Counted from the first letter of the stretch, positions 9,586 to 19,792 are shown. The stretch is 64,000 nucleotides of DNA from an uncultured Bacilli bacterium (GCA_944329425.1 CALVIG010000002.1:75880-139879); one strand, 5' to 3'. Numbers and translations: made by a program. Notes: generated from the sequence alone by a model not told the origin.

Positions 9586-11002
9586 AAATAAAAGAGTATC
9601 AATAAGAACCAAAATATTTGTTTTTGTGGGTTTGTTTGTCATTTTAAACATAATGATAAATTTAATCATAGTAAAGTTTTCTATTAATGACATTTACTTA
9701 ACTTTAGAAAAAAGAGAGTTAAAAAAGGAATATAAATTAATTAAAGAAAATTATGGTAATGAAGATAACTTAATAAACATCTTATATGAAGCTAATAACA
9801 ATGGTATTAAAATTAAGGTTTTAGATAGTAATTATAATATTTTATACACGATTTTTAATGATAAAATGAGTACCCGTTTCACCGAACTTGACTTAATGAT
9901 TTTAAATAGGTTGGGAAATAACGAAAGTGAAATAGTAACTTTAAAGAATTATGAAAAAAGTGGTTATGATTTACACTTGGTAGGTAAAATAAATGATAAT
10001 TACGTAATATTATCAACTTCCATTGAGTCTTTAAAAAAAGATGCTAGAACAACCGTTATAATTTTAATTATTACTTCTTTATTTACTTTTGCTATACTTA
10101 CCGTTTTATCTTATTTTATCTCAAGGTTATTTAGTGAAAAAATAAATGAAATAAAGGAAGTTACCGAAGATATATCTAACCTTAAATTTTCTAAGAAAAT
10201 AGAGATAAACTCGAATGATGAACTAGGAGATTTGTTTGATAACGTAAATAAGATGAGCCAAAAGCTTCAAGATAGTATAAAGGCTCTTGAAAACGCAAAT
10301 TTAAAATTAAAGAACGATTTAATTGAAAAAGAAAAACAAGAAAAATTAAGAAGACAATTAATCGCTAACATTTCTCATGAATTTAAAACCCCTCTTACCA
10401 TTATTTCTGGATATAGTCAGTTAATGATGGATGAAGTTAAAGGAAAAGAAAACAAAGAAAATTTGGAAATGATAATAAGTGAATCCGAAAGACTTAGTGG
10501 TTTGGTTTACGAATTCTTAGAATTATCTAAACTAGAAAGTGGTAACGTTAAATTAAATAATACTAGGGTAGATATTAACGAATTAATAAAAAAAGAATTA
10601 AAAAAACTTAGTGTAAGAATCCAAGATAAAAATATTAGTGTAAAAGAAAGTTATGCAAAAGATGCAATAATAATCATTGATGAAAAGCAGGTAACTAGGG
10701 TAATTGAAAACATTTTAACTAACGCAATAAAGTTTTGTAAAAACGAAATGGAAATAAAAATACGTACGTACGTAAAGGAAGATTACCTAGTTTATGAAGT
10801 ATATAATTCTGGTAGCAACATTGCTGAAAAAGAAATAGAAAACATATTTAATTCTTACTATAAAGATAAAAGCGGTAGAAATAAAGATGGTACGGGATTA
10901 GGACTAACGATAGTAAGGGCAATCGTAGACTTATATAACGGAAAATGTGAGGTTGTTAACACTAAAAAAGGCGTAAAGTTTATTATTTATTTAAAAAAAT
11001 AA
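9524..11002 (+). CDS. Sensor histidine kinase (HisKA + HATPase_c). The start codon is uncertain.
   Basis: H-box 'ANISHEFKTPLT', N-box 'NILTNAIKF', G-box 'GTGLGLTIV', two TM segments and a HAMP-like linker. The tracked TTG start overlaps the regulator gene by 62 nt, so the true start may be further downstream. Confidence 0.85.
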   Translation: MTKIKNTLKRILERVTYLLNKNKRVSIRTKIFVFVGLFVILNIMINLIIVKFSINDIYLTLEKRELKKEYKLIKENYGNEDNLINILYEANNNGIKIKVLDSNYNILYTIFNDKMSTRFTELDLMILNRLGNNESEIVTLKNYEKSGYDLHLVGKINDNYVILSTSIESLKKDARTTVIILIITSLFTFAILTVLSYFISRLFSEKINEIKEVTEDISNLKFSKKIEINSNDELGDLFDNVNKMSQKLQDSIKALENANLKLKNDLIEKEKQEKLRRQLIANISHEFKTPLTIISGYSQLMMDEVKGKENKENLEMIISESERLSGLVYEFLELSKLESGNVKLNNTRVDINELIKKELKKLSVRIQDKNISVKESYAKDAIIIIDEKQVTRVIENILTNAIKFCKNEMEIKIRTYVKEDYLVYEVYNSGSNIAEKEIENIFNSYYKDKSGRNKDGTGLGLTIVRAIVDLYNGKCEVVNTKKGVKFIIYLKK

Positions 11003-11003
11003 A

Positions 11004-11037
11004 AAATAAACATTCTTTATTGAATGTTTATTTTTTT
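11004..11037. terminator. Bidirectional terminator between the convergent kinase and RNase J genes
   Basis: 12-bp perfect stem aaataaacattc / gaatgtttattt with A-runs and T-runs on both sides. Confidence 0.7.
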
Positions 11038-12707
11038 ACGTCTAATATAACTGGTAAAATTATTGGTCTTCTTCCGGTTTTTTCATATACGAAGGTTAAA
11101 ATGTTACTTATGATTTGACTTTTTAATTCGTTATAGTTAACGTTTTTCTTTGTTAATTCTTTATTTATCGTATTTGTAGTAACATCTTCTATTTCTCTTA
11201 ATAGTTCTTCATTTTCATTTACCAAAATAAAACCTCTAGTTGTTATGTTTACCTTACCTAGTAATTTATGTGTTTCCATGTTTATGTTTGATATAGCAAC
11301 CAAGATTCCATCATTTGCCATTATCTTCCTATCTTTTATAACAACGTTTCCAATGTCACCAATACGATTACCATCTACGTATACATCATCAGCGCCTACG
11401 TTTCCAAGCTTTCTTATACCTTTTTTATTTAGTGATAAAGCGTCTCCGTTTTGGAGTAAGAATGTTTTTTCTTTTGGAATGTCACAGTCAATAGCTAAGT
11501 CTTGATGAGCTTTAAGCATTCTGTATTCACCATGTATTGGCATAAAATATTCTGGATCTATTAATCTAATCATAAGTTTTAATTCTTCTTGATTTGCGTG
11601 ACCAGATGTGTGTATTTCGTTTTCTGAATTGTTTACAAAAACTTCAACCCCTTGTAAATATAAAGCGTTAATTGTTTTTGCAACAGAAGCATTATTTCCA
11701 GGAATTGGGTTAGAAGAAAATATTACCGTATCAGTTGGCCTTAATTTTATTTGCTTATGGGTTCCGTTAGCTATTCTTGATAAAGCCGCTAATGGTTCTC
11801 CTTGTGAACCAGTACATAACAAGCAAATTTCTTCTGGAGGTAAAGTATTAGCAACTTCAGGTGAGACGAAAATTTTATCATCTTTTATGTATCCACCCTC
11901 AATTGATATTTCAATGTTGTTTTCCATACTTCTACCAAATAATGCTATTTTTCTATTATTCTTTTTGCAAGTTTCTACGATGTGTTTTAACCTATATATG
12001 TTAGACGCAAAAGTTGCAACGATAATTCTTCCTTTTTTCTTCTCAAATATTTCCTGTAATTCTTCTTCTACTTTTGATTCACTCATTGAAAATCCTGGAG
12101 ATAACGCGTTGGTTGATTCGCTCATTAAAAGCTTAACACCTGATTTACCTGTGTCAGACATTTTATGAATGTTACTCATAGGACCAATAGGTGTTAAATC
12201 GAATTTAAAGTCTCCGGTTTCAACTATTTTTCCGTTAGGTGTATTTATTATAATTCCGTGAGAATCTGGAATTGAGTGCGTTGTTGCAAAAAATTCAACG
12301 GATAAATGTTTAAACTTTACCTTCGTTGTTTCATTATATATTTTTAAGTTATCATAGCTAATGTTTCTGTCTAATAGTTTTCTTTTAATCAATCCATAAG
12401 CTTGATTAGGAGCGTATATAACGGGAATATTAACCGTTTGTAGTAAATATGCTATACCTCCAATATGATCTTCATGTCCGTGGGTTATAAATAACGCTTT
12501 TATTTTATCTTCGTTATTTTTTAAAAAAGTAAAATCTGGAATAACGTAATCTATGCCCATAAGTTCATCTTTAGGGAACATTACTCCAGCATCAATTATA
12601 ATTAATTCATCATCGTGCATAACAACATACATATTTTTTCCGACTTCACCTAAACCGCCTAATGCAACAACCAATGTTTCCGCACGATTAGCATCAAAAA
12701 TTTTCAT
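11028..12707 (-). CDS. rnj: Ribonuclease J
   Basis: 559 aa. Metallo-beta-lactamase motif 'ITHGHEDHIGG', the beta-CASP region and 'HTSGHANQEELKLM'. Confidence 0.93.
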   Translation of the reverse strand: MKIFDANRAETLVVALGGLGEVGKNMYVVMHDDELIIIDAGVMFPKDELMGIDYVIPDFTFLKNNEDKIKALFITHGHEDHIGGIAYLLQTVNIPVIYAPNQAYGLIKRKLLDRNISYDNLKIYNETTKVKFKHLSVEFFATTHSIPDSHGIIINTPNGKIVETGDFKFDLTPIGPMSNIHKMSDTGKSGVKLLMSESTNALSPGFSMSESKVEEELQEIFEKKKGRIIVATFASNIYRLKHIVETCKKNNRKIALFGRSMENNIEISIEGGYIKDDKIFVSPEVANTLPPEEICLLCTGSQGEPLAALSRIANGTHKQIKLRPTDTVIFSSNPIPGNNASVAKTINALYLQGVEVFVNNSENEIHTSGHANQEELKLMIRLIDPEYFMPIHGEYRMLKAHQDLAIDCDIPKEKTFLLQNGDALSLNKKGIRKLGNVGADDVYVDGNRIGDIGNVVIKDRKIMANDGILVAISNINMETHKLLGKVNITTRGFILVNENEELLREIEDVTTNTINKELTKKNVNYNELKSQIISNILTFVYEKTGRRPIILPVILDVKK

Positions 12708-12829
12708 TTATTTTTATATACTCCTTTCTTTTTAGTTAATAATTAAAAAAGAATTAACGAATAAGATTATACTATTTTTTTTACAATTTGTCCATTGTTT
12801 GATATAATAATAGACGAAAGGTTGATATT

Positions 12830-13792
12830 ATGAAGGATTTTGCAAAAAAGAAATTAATAAGACAAGCACTTAGTGAACTTGCTGAAGAAGACTTTGTGGC
12901 ACAATCAATAATTTTTTATTATGATCAGTTGGATAGAATAGTAGATTTAAGAAAAAGTGGTAAGCTAACGAATGAAGAATGGGTTAAATTTTACGATTCA
13001 TATCATAAATTATTAAGTTTATTTAAGCAAGTTATTCCGGAAGAATATGAAAAAGCAAAAGATAAGAATAAGGTTGATGATTTAGTTTCATTATACATAT
13101 TACGTAACTTTATGAACTTGTGTCCAAGTAATTCTTTGAAACCTTATTATGAGCGTATTTTAAACTTAAGAACACGTTTAAGTAAAAACTTTTCTTTAAC
13201 AATGGAATTAGCTATTATTTTAAGAACTAATGAAATATTAAAGAAAATAACTGATAAATACGGGTATGATACCGCAAATAGGTTTTTAAGTTTTTTGGAA
13301 TCAAGTAGGGAATCAGAAGATCAACTTTTATACATCATATATTATGGATTATTTGACGGAACCATAATAAATAATTATATGGTAGATAACGGTATGAAAG
13401 TTAAAAATGATATTGTTGCAGAATCTTTGTTAGATAATGACGAAAAGTTACCAGATAGCATAATAACGCATATATGTAATGATGAGCAGTTTAAAGATTT
13501 TAACCCTCAAGTAGTGTTATTTTTAATTCAGCGTTTTTTTATGTTCCGACTAGATATGAAACTAGAAGATGATGATATGTTAGATATAATTCAAAAGATA
13601 TTTAATAATAACGTTAGAGATTTTAACACTGAGGCTGAATTTTTAAATTTAGAAGAGTTTTTGGTTAAAGTAAATGAATGCTTTAATGGTAAGTTAGAAG
13701 ATGATGAGTTATATACATATTTTTTACAAATCGTAAATGGTATAGAAACAGTAGACAGAAGGGACGATGGTAAGAATCATGGGTCTATTTAA
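12830..13792 (+). CDS. Hypothetical protein
   Basis: 320-aa ORF with RBS 'gaaaggttga'. Its 3' end overlaps the ftsY start. No recognised motif. Confidence 0.5.
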   Translation: MKDFAKKKLIRQALSELAEEDFVAQSIIFYYDQLDRIVDLRKSGKLTNEEWVKFYDSYHKLLSLFKQVIPEEYEKAKDKNKVDDLVSLYILRNFMNLCPSNSLKPYYERILNLRTRLSKNFSLTMELAIILRTNEILKKITDKYGYDTANRFLSFLESSRESEDQLLYIIYYGLFDGTIINNYMVDNGMKVKNDIVAESLLDNDEKLPDSIITHICNDEQFKDFNPQVVLFLIQRFFMFRLDMKLEDDDMLDIIQKIFNNNVRDFNTEAEFLNLEEFLVKVNECFNGKLEDDELYTYFLQIVNGIETVDRRDDGKNHGSI

Positions 13793-14750
13793 GAAAATAA
13801 AAAGCATTATAAAAAAGGATGATAATAGTGTAGCTACTTACGAAAAAGGCCTTTCTAAGACCAGAAAAAGCTTTGTTAACAAGTTAGCTAATTTATCAAA
13901 AGAATATGATGAAATAAATGATAATTATTTTGAAGAACTTGAAGAGTTACTTATAAACGCAGACATAGGAGTTAATACCGTAATGAACTTCATGGATAAA
14001 CTTCAATCAAGGGTAAGTAAAGAAAAAATTACAAGTCCTTCGATGTTAACTGAAATAATCGTTGATGAACTATTTATCATATACGTAAACGAAGAAATTA
14101 TAACCAACAAAATAAATTATAATGAAAATGGGCCAACGGTTATTTTGTTTGTTGGGGTAAACGGGGTTGGCAAGACAACCACCATTGCTAAGCTTGCTAG
14201 TAAGTTAAAAAAGGAAAAAAAATCAGTGCTTTTAGTAGCGGCTGATACCTTTAGAGCAGGGGCGGTAGAACAGTTAAAACAGTGGGGTAAAAGAATTGAT
14301 TGTCCAGTTATAAGTGATGAAAACACCACTGATCCTGCAAGCGTTGTATATAAGGGATTAGAGTATGCTAAAAATAATGATTATGACGTTGTTTTGATTG
14401 ATACCGCTGGTAGGTTACAAAATAAGGTTAACTTAATGAAAGAGTTAGAAAAAATAAATAACGTGGGAGAAAAAATAATACCAGGTGCACCACACGAAAC
14501 GTTTTTAGTAATTGATGCAACAACGGGTCAAAACGGAATAAGTCAAGCAAAGGCCTTTAAAGAAATAACTAATTTAACTGGTATAATTTTGACTAAGTTA
14601 GATGGTACTGCTAAAGGTGGTATTGTTTTAGCAATAAAAGACGAAGTAGGCGTTCCCGTAAGATACATTGGGCTTGGAGAAAGTGCTGATGACTTGCAAA
14701 CTTTTGATATAGAAAAATATATATATGGATTATTTAAGGACATGATGTAA
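13767..14750 (+). CDS. ftsY: Signal recognition particle receptor FtsY
   Basis: SRP GTPase motifs 'GVNGVGKTTTIAKLA', 'DTAGRLQNK', 'TKLDGTAKGG'. An alternative ATG lies at 13779. Confidence 0.93.
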   Translation: MVRIMGLFKKIKSIIKKDDNSVATYEKGLSKTRKSFVNKLANLSKEYDEINDNYFEELEELLINADIGVNTVMNFMDKLQSRVSKEKITSPSMLTEIIVDELFIIYVNEEIITNKINYNENGPTVILFVGVNGVGKTTTIAKLASKLKKEKKSVLLVAADTFRAGAVEQLKQWGKRIDCPVISDENTTDPASVVYKGLEYAKNNDYDVVLIDTAGRLQNKVNLMKELEKINNVGEKIIPGAPHETFLVIDATTGQNGISQAKAFKEITNLTGIILTKLDGTAKGGIVLAIKDEVGVPVRYIGLGESADDLQTFDIEKYIYGLFKDMM

Positions 14751-15047
14751 ATGGAACAAAGAGATTATTTAGTAATTTTATATGATTATTATGGTGAATT
14801 ATTAAACGAGGATAATAAAAAGTATTTTGAAGATTATTATTTTGATAATTTATCATTGGGTGAAATAGCTAGTAACAATGATGTTAGTCGTAATGCGGTA
14901 CATAAACACATTAAAAATACTGAAGCTAAGTTAATGTTTTATGAGGAAAAATTAGGGTTATACAAAAAAGATAAAAAATTACAAGAAGTAATTGATAAAA
15001 TAAAAGATGAGAAGATAAAAAAAGAGATAAAAAATATACTTGATTAG
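14751..15047 (+). CDS. ylxM: UPF0122/YlxM helix-turn-helix protein of the SRP operon
   Basis: 98 aa. 'LYDYYGELL', 'YYFDNLSLGEIASNNDVSRNAVHKHIKN'. Conserved position between ftsY and ffh. Confidence 0.85.
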   Translation: MEQRDYLVILYDYYGELLNEDNKKYFEDYYFDNLSLGEIASNNDVSRNAVHKHIKNTEAKLMFYEEKLGLYKKDKKLQEVIDKIKDEKIKKEIKNILD

Positions 15048-15057
15048 GGTGATATAA

Positions 15058-16365
15058 ATGTTTGAGAGTTTAACTGAAAAATTAGAAAACGCGGTTAATA
15101 AAATAAAAGGTTATGGGGTTATAAACGAAGATAATATATCTAGTGCCATGCGTGAGGTAAGACTTGCACTATTAGAAGCAGACGTAAATTATAAAGTGGT
15201 AAAAGAGTTTACTAATAAAGTAAAAGAAAAAGCTCTTGGAGAGGAAGTTAAGAAGTCATTAAAGCCAGGAGACGTGTTTTTAAAAATACTTAAAGACGAA
15301 CTTTTAAATTTATTAGGAGATGATAACTCCGAACTTAATTTATCTGGTAATCCAGCTGTTGTAATGCTTGTTGGTCTTCAAGGTAGTGGTAAAACTACCA
15401 CGATTGCAAAACTTGGTAACTTGCTTCGTAAAAAGAAAAATAAAAAACCGTTGTTTATAGCGGCGGATGTGTATAGACCAGCAGCAATTGATCAGCTTAA
15501 AACCCTTGGAAAAGAGTTAAATATAGAAGTTTATGATGAAGGCCAGGGTAATGCGGTTGAAATAGTAAAAAATGGTATCGTTTATGCTAAGGAACATGAT
15601 TACGATTTAGTTCTTGTAGATACCGCAGGTCGTTTACACGTTGATGAAGTATTAATGACAGAATTAAAAAACATAAAAGAAAGCGTTAACCCAAACGAAA
15701 TAATTTTAGTAATAGATGCAATGATAGGGCAAGATGCAATAAACGTTATTAGTGGTTTTAATGAAGCATTACCTTTAACGGGAACCATTTTAACCAAGAT
15801 GGATGGAGATACAAAGGGTGGTGTTGCTTTATGCGCAAAACACTTAACTGGGGTACCTATTAAGTTTATAGGTACTTCTGAAAAACTTGATGGATTAGAT
15901 AGTTTTAACCCTGAAAGAATGGTATCTAGAATACTAGGCAACGGTGATATTATGTCCATAATCGAAAAAGCAGAATCCGTTATTGACGAAAAAGAGGCTA
16001 TGTCTACCGTTAAAAAACTAAAGGCAGGTAAAATGGATTTAGAAGATTTTTTATCACAACTTAAACAAATAAAAAAATTAGGTCCACTAGAAAATTTACT
16101 TAAACTTCTTCCAGGAGCAAGAAAAATAGGACTTAATAACATAAGTATTGATCCAAAACAATTTTCTAAGTTAGAGGCAATAATATCTTCTATGACGATA
16201 AAAGAAAGAAAAAATCCTGATATAATTAAAGCGTCAAGAAAACAAAGGATCGCAACTGGTAGTGGAACTTCTGTTCAAGACGTAAATAAATTACTTACTC
16301 AATTTGAACAGATGCAAAAGATGATGAAAATGATGCGAAATGGTAATTTTAAAATGCCGTTTTAA
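15058..16365 (+). CDS. ffh: Signal recognition particle protein Ffh
   Basis: 'GLQGSGKTTTIAKL', 'DTAGRLHVD', 'TKMDGDTKGG' and a Met-rich M domain ('QFEQMQKMMKMMRNG'). Confidence 0.95.
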   Translation: MFESLTEKLENAVNKIKGYGVINEDNISSAMREVRLALLEADVNYKVVKEFTNKVKEKALGEEVKKSLKPGDVFLKILKDELLNLLGDDNSELNLSGNPAVVMLVGLQGSGKTTTIAKLGNLLRKKKNKKPLFIAADVYRPAAIDQLKTLGKELNIEVYDEGQGNAVEIVKNGIVYAKEHDYDLVLVDTAGRLHVDEVLMTELKNIKESVNPNEIILVIDAMIGQDAINVISGFNEALPLTGTILTKMDGDTKGGVALCAKHLTGVPIKFIGTSEKLDGLDSFNPERMVSRILGNGDIMSIIEKAESVIDEKEAMSTVKKLKAGKMDLEDFLSQLKQIKKLGPLENLLKLLPGARKIGLNNISIDPKQFSKLEAIISSMTIKERKNPDIIKASRKQRIATGSGTSVQDVNKLLTQFEQMQKMMKMMRNGNFKMPF

Positions 16366-16465
16366 AAGTTTAAAATAATTAATATAAAATAAAAATAGTT
16401 TCTGACAAAGACCTATTCAAACATTTAAGACTCTCATACTATAAAGTAGGTAAGGGGGATTTTAA

Positions 16466-16741
16466 ATGTTTTTTAATAATAACAAATGTTGCCATCAACA
16501 ACACTGGCAACAAGAAGGTTGTTGCAACATGGATGCATGTCAATGTGGCCCAATAATTGAGCCAACAATTGAAAAATGCGTAGAAAGAAATATCTGTCAT
16601 AAAGTAGAACACGTTTGCCCAATACATACTAGAATAATTAATAATCATATATATGAACATACTTATAGACCTGAATATACAACTTCAGAAGAAAACGTAG
16701 TTACGAACATTGATCCAGGTTGCTGCGGTCAAAATTTTTAA
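16466..16741 (+). CDS. Cys/His-rich CotD-like spore coat protein
   Basis: 91 aa. 'PIIEPTIEKCVERNICHKVEHVCPIHTRIINNHIYEHTYRPEY' parallels my recollection of B. subtilis CotD (PIVHPT...HIHP.HTT.VNH..F.H.HYFPH). CC/CxC clusters at both ends. Confidence 0.55.
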   Translation: MFFNNNKCCHQQHWQQEGCCNMDACQCGPIIEPTIEKCVERNICHKVEHVCPIHTRIINNHIYEHTYRPEYTTSEENVVTNIDPGCCGQNF

Positions 16742-16742
16742 A

Positions 16743-16772
16743 AAATTCCTAATTAGGAATTTTTTCTTTTTT
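16743..16772 (+). terminator. Rho-independent terminator
   Basis: Perfect 20-nt palindrome aaattcctaa/ttaggaattt followed by a T-run. The next gene's extended -10 tgttataat lies at 16774-16782. Confidence 0.75.
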
Positions 16773-16791
16773 ATGTTATAATATTAGTATC

Positions 16792-17286
16792 ATGGAGGAA
16801 GTTATGATTGAGAACGATAATTGGATAAAAAAAATTATAGATGTTAGAATATCTAATATATTTGGACATAACAATGATGATTTAACTTACGTTGATTTGT
16901 TTTTTCCAAAAATTAACGTTTTATTGGGTACTGAAGGTTGCATAGCAATGCATGAAGGAAAGGATCCTGTAAAAGTTTTTGAAGGCGTAGGTCTAACTTC
17001 TGAGGATTTTTTATCCATTAATTCGTTAATTAAACGAGGAGTAGATATAAATGAAGCGGATAGTTCGTTAGACACGCTTTTAGAAATCGATAAAAGAAGT
17101 GATATCGTGTTATCAGGATATGTAAATAAAGTGAGAAATCATATGGTAAAAACCGGAAGGACAAATGATGAAATAGAGAAGTTTGAAAAAGATGTTGCTG
17201 ATTTTTTCGAAAATAACCCTGTTTTATTTATGCCATGTGAGGAATATGAAAAAACTATAGGAGAAACTGAAAAAAGTGTAAAATAA
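16792..17286 (+). CDS. Hypothetical protein
   Basis: 164-aa ORF with 'atggaggaag' at the start region. No recognised motif. Confidence 0.5.
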   Translation: MEEVMIENDNWIKKIIDVRISNIFGHNNDDLTYVDLFFPKINVLLGTEGCIAMHEGKDPVKVFEGVGLTSEDFLSINSLIKRGVDINEADSSLDTLLEIDKRSDIVLSGYVNKVRNHMVKTGRTNDEIEKFEKDVADFFENNPVLFMPCEEYEKTIGETEKSVK

Positions 17287-17340
17287 TGTATAATGTATTG
17301 ATATTTATATTACACATGATATATACTAAAAATAAGGAGT

Positions 17341-17544
17341 GTGATATTAGTGATTTATCCATCAATTGATAAACTACTTACAAAGGTTGGTTCAAAGTAT
17401 TTGTTAGTTCATGTGGCATCAAGAAGAGCTAAAGAAATGACGGAGACAAAACATTATCAAATGCCTGAATCTAAGTATAAATGTCAAAAAAATATTGGTA
17501 GAGCACTTGAAGAAGTTATGGAAGACTTAATACAAATTAAATAG
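17341..17544 (+). CDS. rpoZ: DNA-directed RNA polymerase subunit omega
   Basis: 'PSIDKLLTKVGSKYLLVHVASRRAKEM' is the canonical omega N-terminus. The likely true start is the GTG at 17350, after RBS 'aaggagtg'. Confidence 0.85.
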   Translation: MILVIYPSIDKLLTKVGSKYLLVHVASRRAKEMTETKHYQMPESKYKCQKNIGRALEEVMEDLIQIK

Positions 17545-17573
17545 TATTATGTTTTTTTTATATGGAGGGCTTA

Positions 17574-18338
17574 ATGAAAATAATAAAATTTAAAAAAACA
17601 TCAAAAGATAAGTATAAATTATATTTAGACAACGGAGAAAGCTTATCTTTGTTTGAAGATGTGATTGTAAATAATAATCTTTTACTAACTAAACAAATAG
17701 ATAACGAGCTATTAGATAAGTTAAATTATCAGAACAACGAACAACATGCGTACGTGATTGCAATTAAGTATTTATCCATTAAGATGAGAAGTAAAAAAGA
17801 AGTTAGTGAATATTTAATAAAAAAAGGCGTAGAAGAAAACGTTATAACTGAAGTGATTAACAGACTTATAAAAGATGGTTACATAAACGATTTAGCATTT
17901 TCAAAAGCATACGTTAATGACGCCTTATTATTATCTAATGATGGACCATATAAAATAAAAAATAATTTAATTAAGTATGGGGTTAAACAGGAGATAATAG
18001 ATGAAGTAATTAATGATATTGACCTTAATTTGGTAAATCAAAAACTTAATAACTTAATAGAAAAACAAATAAGAATAAAAAAGGGAAGCTTTAACATGAT
18101 TAAAGTAAAGCTTTTAAATTATTTTTATAATTTAGGATATGATAAGGAAAGCATATTAAAAAAATTAAATGAATGCGTAATAAAAGTTGATTATGATCAT
18201 TTAAAAAAAGAGTATAAGAAATTATATAATAAATATTTTAATAAATATGATCCTGATAAACTTAAATGCATGATAGAGCAAAAATTATATGCTAAGGGTT
18301 ATACGAAAGAAGATATGGATAAAATAAAAGAGAACTAA
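17574..18338 (+). CDS. recX: RecX-like regulatory protein
   Basis: 'KYKLYLDNGESLSLFEDVIV', then repeated three-helix units ('SKKEVSEYLIKKGV', 'IINRLIKDGYINDLAFSKAYV', 'GPYKIKNNLIKYGV'). The ATG at 17574 follows RBS 'atggaggg'. Confidence 0.7.
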   Translation: MKIIKFKKTSKDKYKLYLDNGESLSLFEDVIVNNNLLLTKQIDNELLDKLNYQNNEQHAYVIAIKYLSIKMRSKKEVSEYLIKKGVEENVITEVINRLIKDGYINDLAFSKAYVNDALLLSNDGPYKIKNNLIKYGVKQEIIDEVINDIDLNLVNQKLNNLIEKQIRIKKGSFNMIKVKLLNYFYNLGYDKESILKKLNECVIKVDYDHLKKEYKKLYNKYFNKYDPDKLKCMIEQKLYAKGYTKEDMDKIKEN

Positions 18339-18355
18339 CGTTCTCTTTGTTTTTA
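18327..18355. terminator. Bidirectional terminator between convergent recX and prsA
   Basis: Stem aaagagaac / gttctcttt with loop taac, flanked by T-runs. Confidence 0.6.
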
Positions 18356-19567
18356 TTCTGAAGCGGTTGTTGTCGTAGTTGTTGTTGCTTCTTCAATGTA
18401 TGAATTATAATCGCTTTTAATTGTTTTATCTTTAATTTTAATATTATATTTTTCTCTTAAAGCTATCATGGCTTTAACACTTATAGTAGAATCATTATTT
18501 TTCTTTTCTTCTACTAATTTTTCTATTATAGTATCTTTTGATTTTTCATAACTTGGTTTTTCTTTTTGACCAGTTTTCATTATTATATGGTATCCATACG
18601 TTGTTTTGACAGGTTCAGTAGTATATTCATTAACGTCTAATGCATAGGCTGCTTGTTCAAATTCTTTAACCATATCACCAGTATTAAAATAACCTAAGTC
18701 TCCACCGTTTTCTTTTGAACTTTCATCCGTTGAATATTCTTTAGCAAGTTCACTAAAATCTTCCCCATTTTTAAGTTTTTCGATTATTTCTTCTGCTTGT
18801 TTTTTAGCATTTTCTTCTGCTTCTTCTTTTTCTTCATCAGTAGCATCATCATCGTAATCAAACGAAATTAATATGTGTTTAGCGGAAATATCACCGTATA
18901 TGTTATTTTCATAATAATCTTTCATTTCTTTTTCAGTTATATTATCTTTTATATAATCTTCGGTAACAAGGGTTAACTTGTTATTTTTTATTAATAATTC
19001 CTTTAACTCATCATCATTACTAATTCCGTTATATTCAAGGAATGATTCATAACTATCCCCATAAGTACTTTTATAAGTTTCAATCGTTGCTTCAGCTGAT
19101 TTTTTCATATCATCAGTTGTTTTATATTCTTTATTAAGAATGTAATCATCAATCATGTTTATGGCTACGTTATATCCGTTTTGTTCCTTTAATGCATCAT
19201 AAAGGTCATTAGCGGTGATTGTTTTTCCATCTACTTGTACAACGATATCATCACCGTTTTTTGTTTTTGTGTTTTTGGTTGCAGCGCAAATTAAAACGAT
19301 TAATAATATTGCTATTAATATAACACCACCAATTACTATTTGTTCAAGTGTTAAACCATTAAACCATTTTACTATTTTATTACTCTTTTTTTCTTTTTTT
19401 AGTTTAACTTCATAAGTATCTACTACTTTTTCTTCTTTAACGGTATCTTTTTTAGCGGTAACTTTAGCAACACTTTTTTTACTATTAGTGGCCTTTTTAG
19501 TAGTTACTTTATTTTTAGCTGTTTTAGAAGTATTCTTTTTTGCTGAAGTATCTTTTTTTTCTGCCAT
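18353..19567 (-). CDS. prsA: PpiC/parvulin-type peptidyl-prolyl isomerase, PrsA-like foldase with a long basic N-terminal extension and a TM anchor
   Basis: Parvulin core 'SAKHILISF', 'GGDLGYFNTGDMVKEFEQAAYAL', 'TTYGYHIIM'. N-terminal K/T-rich tail, then 'VIGGVILIAILLIVLICAA'. Confidence 0.85.
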   Translation of the reverse strand: MAEKKDTSAKKNTSKTAKNKVTTKKATNSKKSVAKVTAKKDTVKEEKVVDTYEVKLKKEKKSNKIVKWFNGLTLEQIVIGGVILIAILLIVLICAATKNTKTKNGDDIVVQVDGKTITANDLYDALKEQNGYNVAINMIDDYILNKEYKTTDDMKKSAEATIETYKSTYGDSYESFLEYNGISNDDELKELLIKNNKLTLVTEDYIKDNITEKEMKDYYENNIYGDISAKHILISFDYDDDATDEEKEEAEENAKKQAEEIIEKLKNGEDFSELAKEYSTDESSKENGGDLGYFNTGDMVKEFEQAAYALDVNEYTTEPVKTTYGYHIIMKTGQKEKPSYEKSKDTIIEKLVEEKKNNDSTISVKAMIALREKYNIKIKDKTIKSDYNSYIEEATTTTTTTASE

Positions 19568-19650
19568 TTTTATTTATCCTCCTATCAAATGTACCTATAT
19601 ATCATAACAAATTATATGCTAAAACACAACTTTTTTTAATAAACATATTC

Positions 19651-19678
19651 ACACATTTATAGCAAATGCCATAAAATA
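19651..19678 (+). promoter_or_regulatory. Possible mother-cell (sigma-K type) promoter: AC, 17 nt, CATAAAATA
   Basis: ac at 19651-19652 and cataaaata at 19670-19678 match the AC-17-CATAnnnTA pattern. Sits upstream of the YjcZ-like micro-ORFs. Confidence 0.35.
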
Positions 19679-19708
19679 CTTTGAAAAGACAAAAAGGAGG
19701 AATGAATT

Positions 19709-19792
19709 ATGGGAAACAATTACGCATCTGGTGCTGGAATTATATTAGTATTATTTATTTTATTAGTAATCATAATAGGTGCTTACGTTTAA
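19709..19792 (+). CDS. YjcZ-family tiny sporulation membrane peptide (27 aa)
   Basis: Absent from the ORF track (under 60 aa). RBS aaaggagg, then ATG at 19709. MGNNYASGAGIILVLFILLVIIIGAYV matches the G-rich head plus 'VLFILL.I..G' signature of the family. Confidence 0.7.
   Translation: MGNNYASGAGIILVLFILLVIIIGAYV

Noticed and set aside
11245-12735. Plus-strand ORFs inside RNase J (11245-11505, 11608-12168, 12553-12735).
   Set aside because: These are shadow ORFs opposite a conserved 559-aa gene. No ribosome-binding sites or motifs were seen.
16439-16660. The 73-aa minus-strand ORF antisense to the CotD-like gene. The same applies to 62918-63187 antisense to sepF and 30461-30655 antisense to the HExxH gene start.
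   Set aside because: In each case the opposite strand carries the ORF with the RBS and a recognisable motif or family resemblance.
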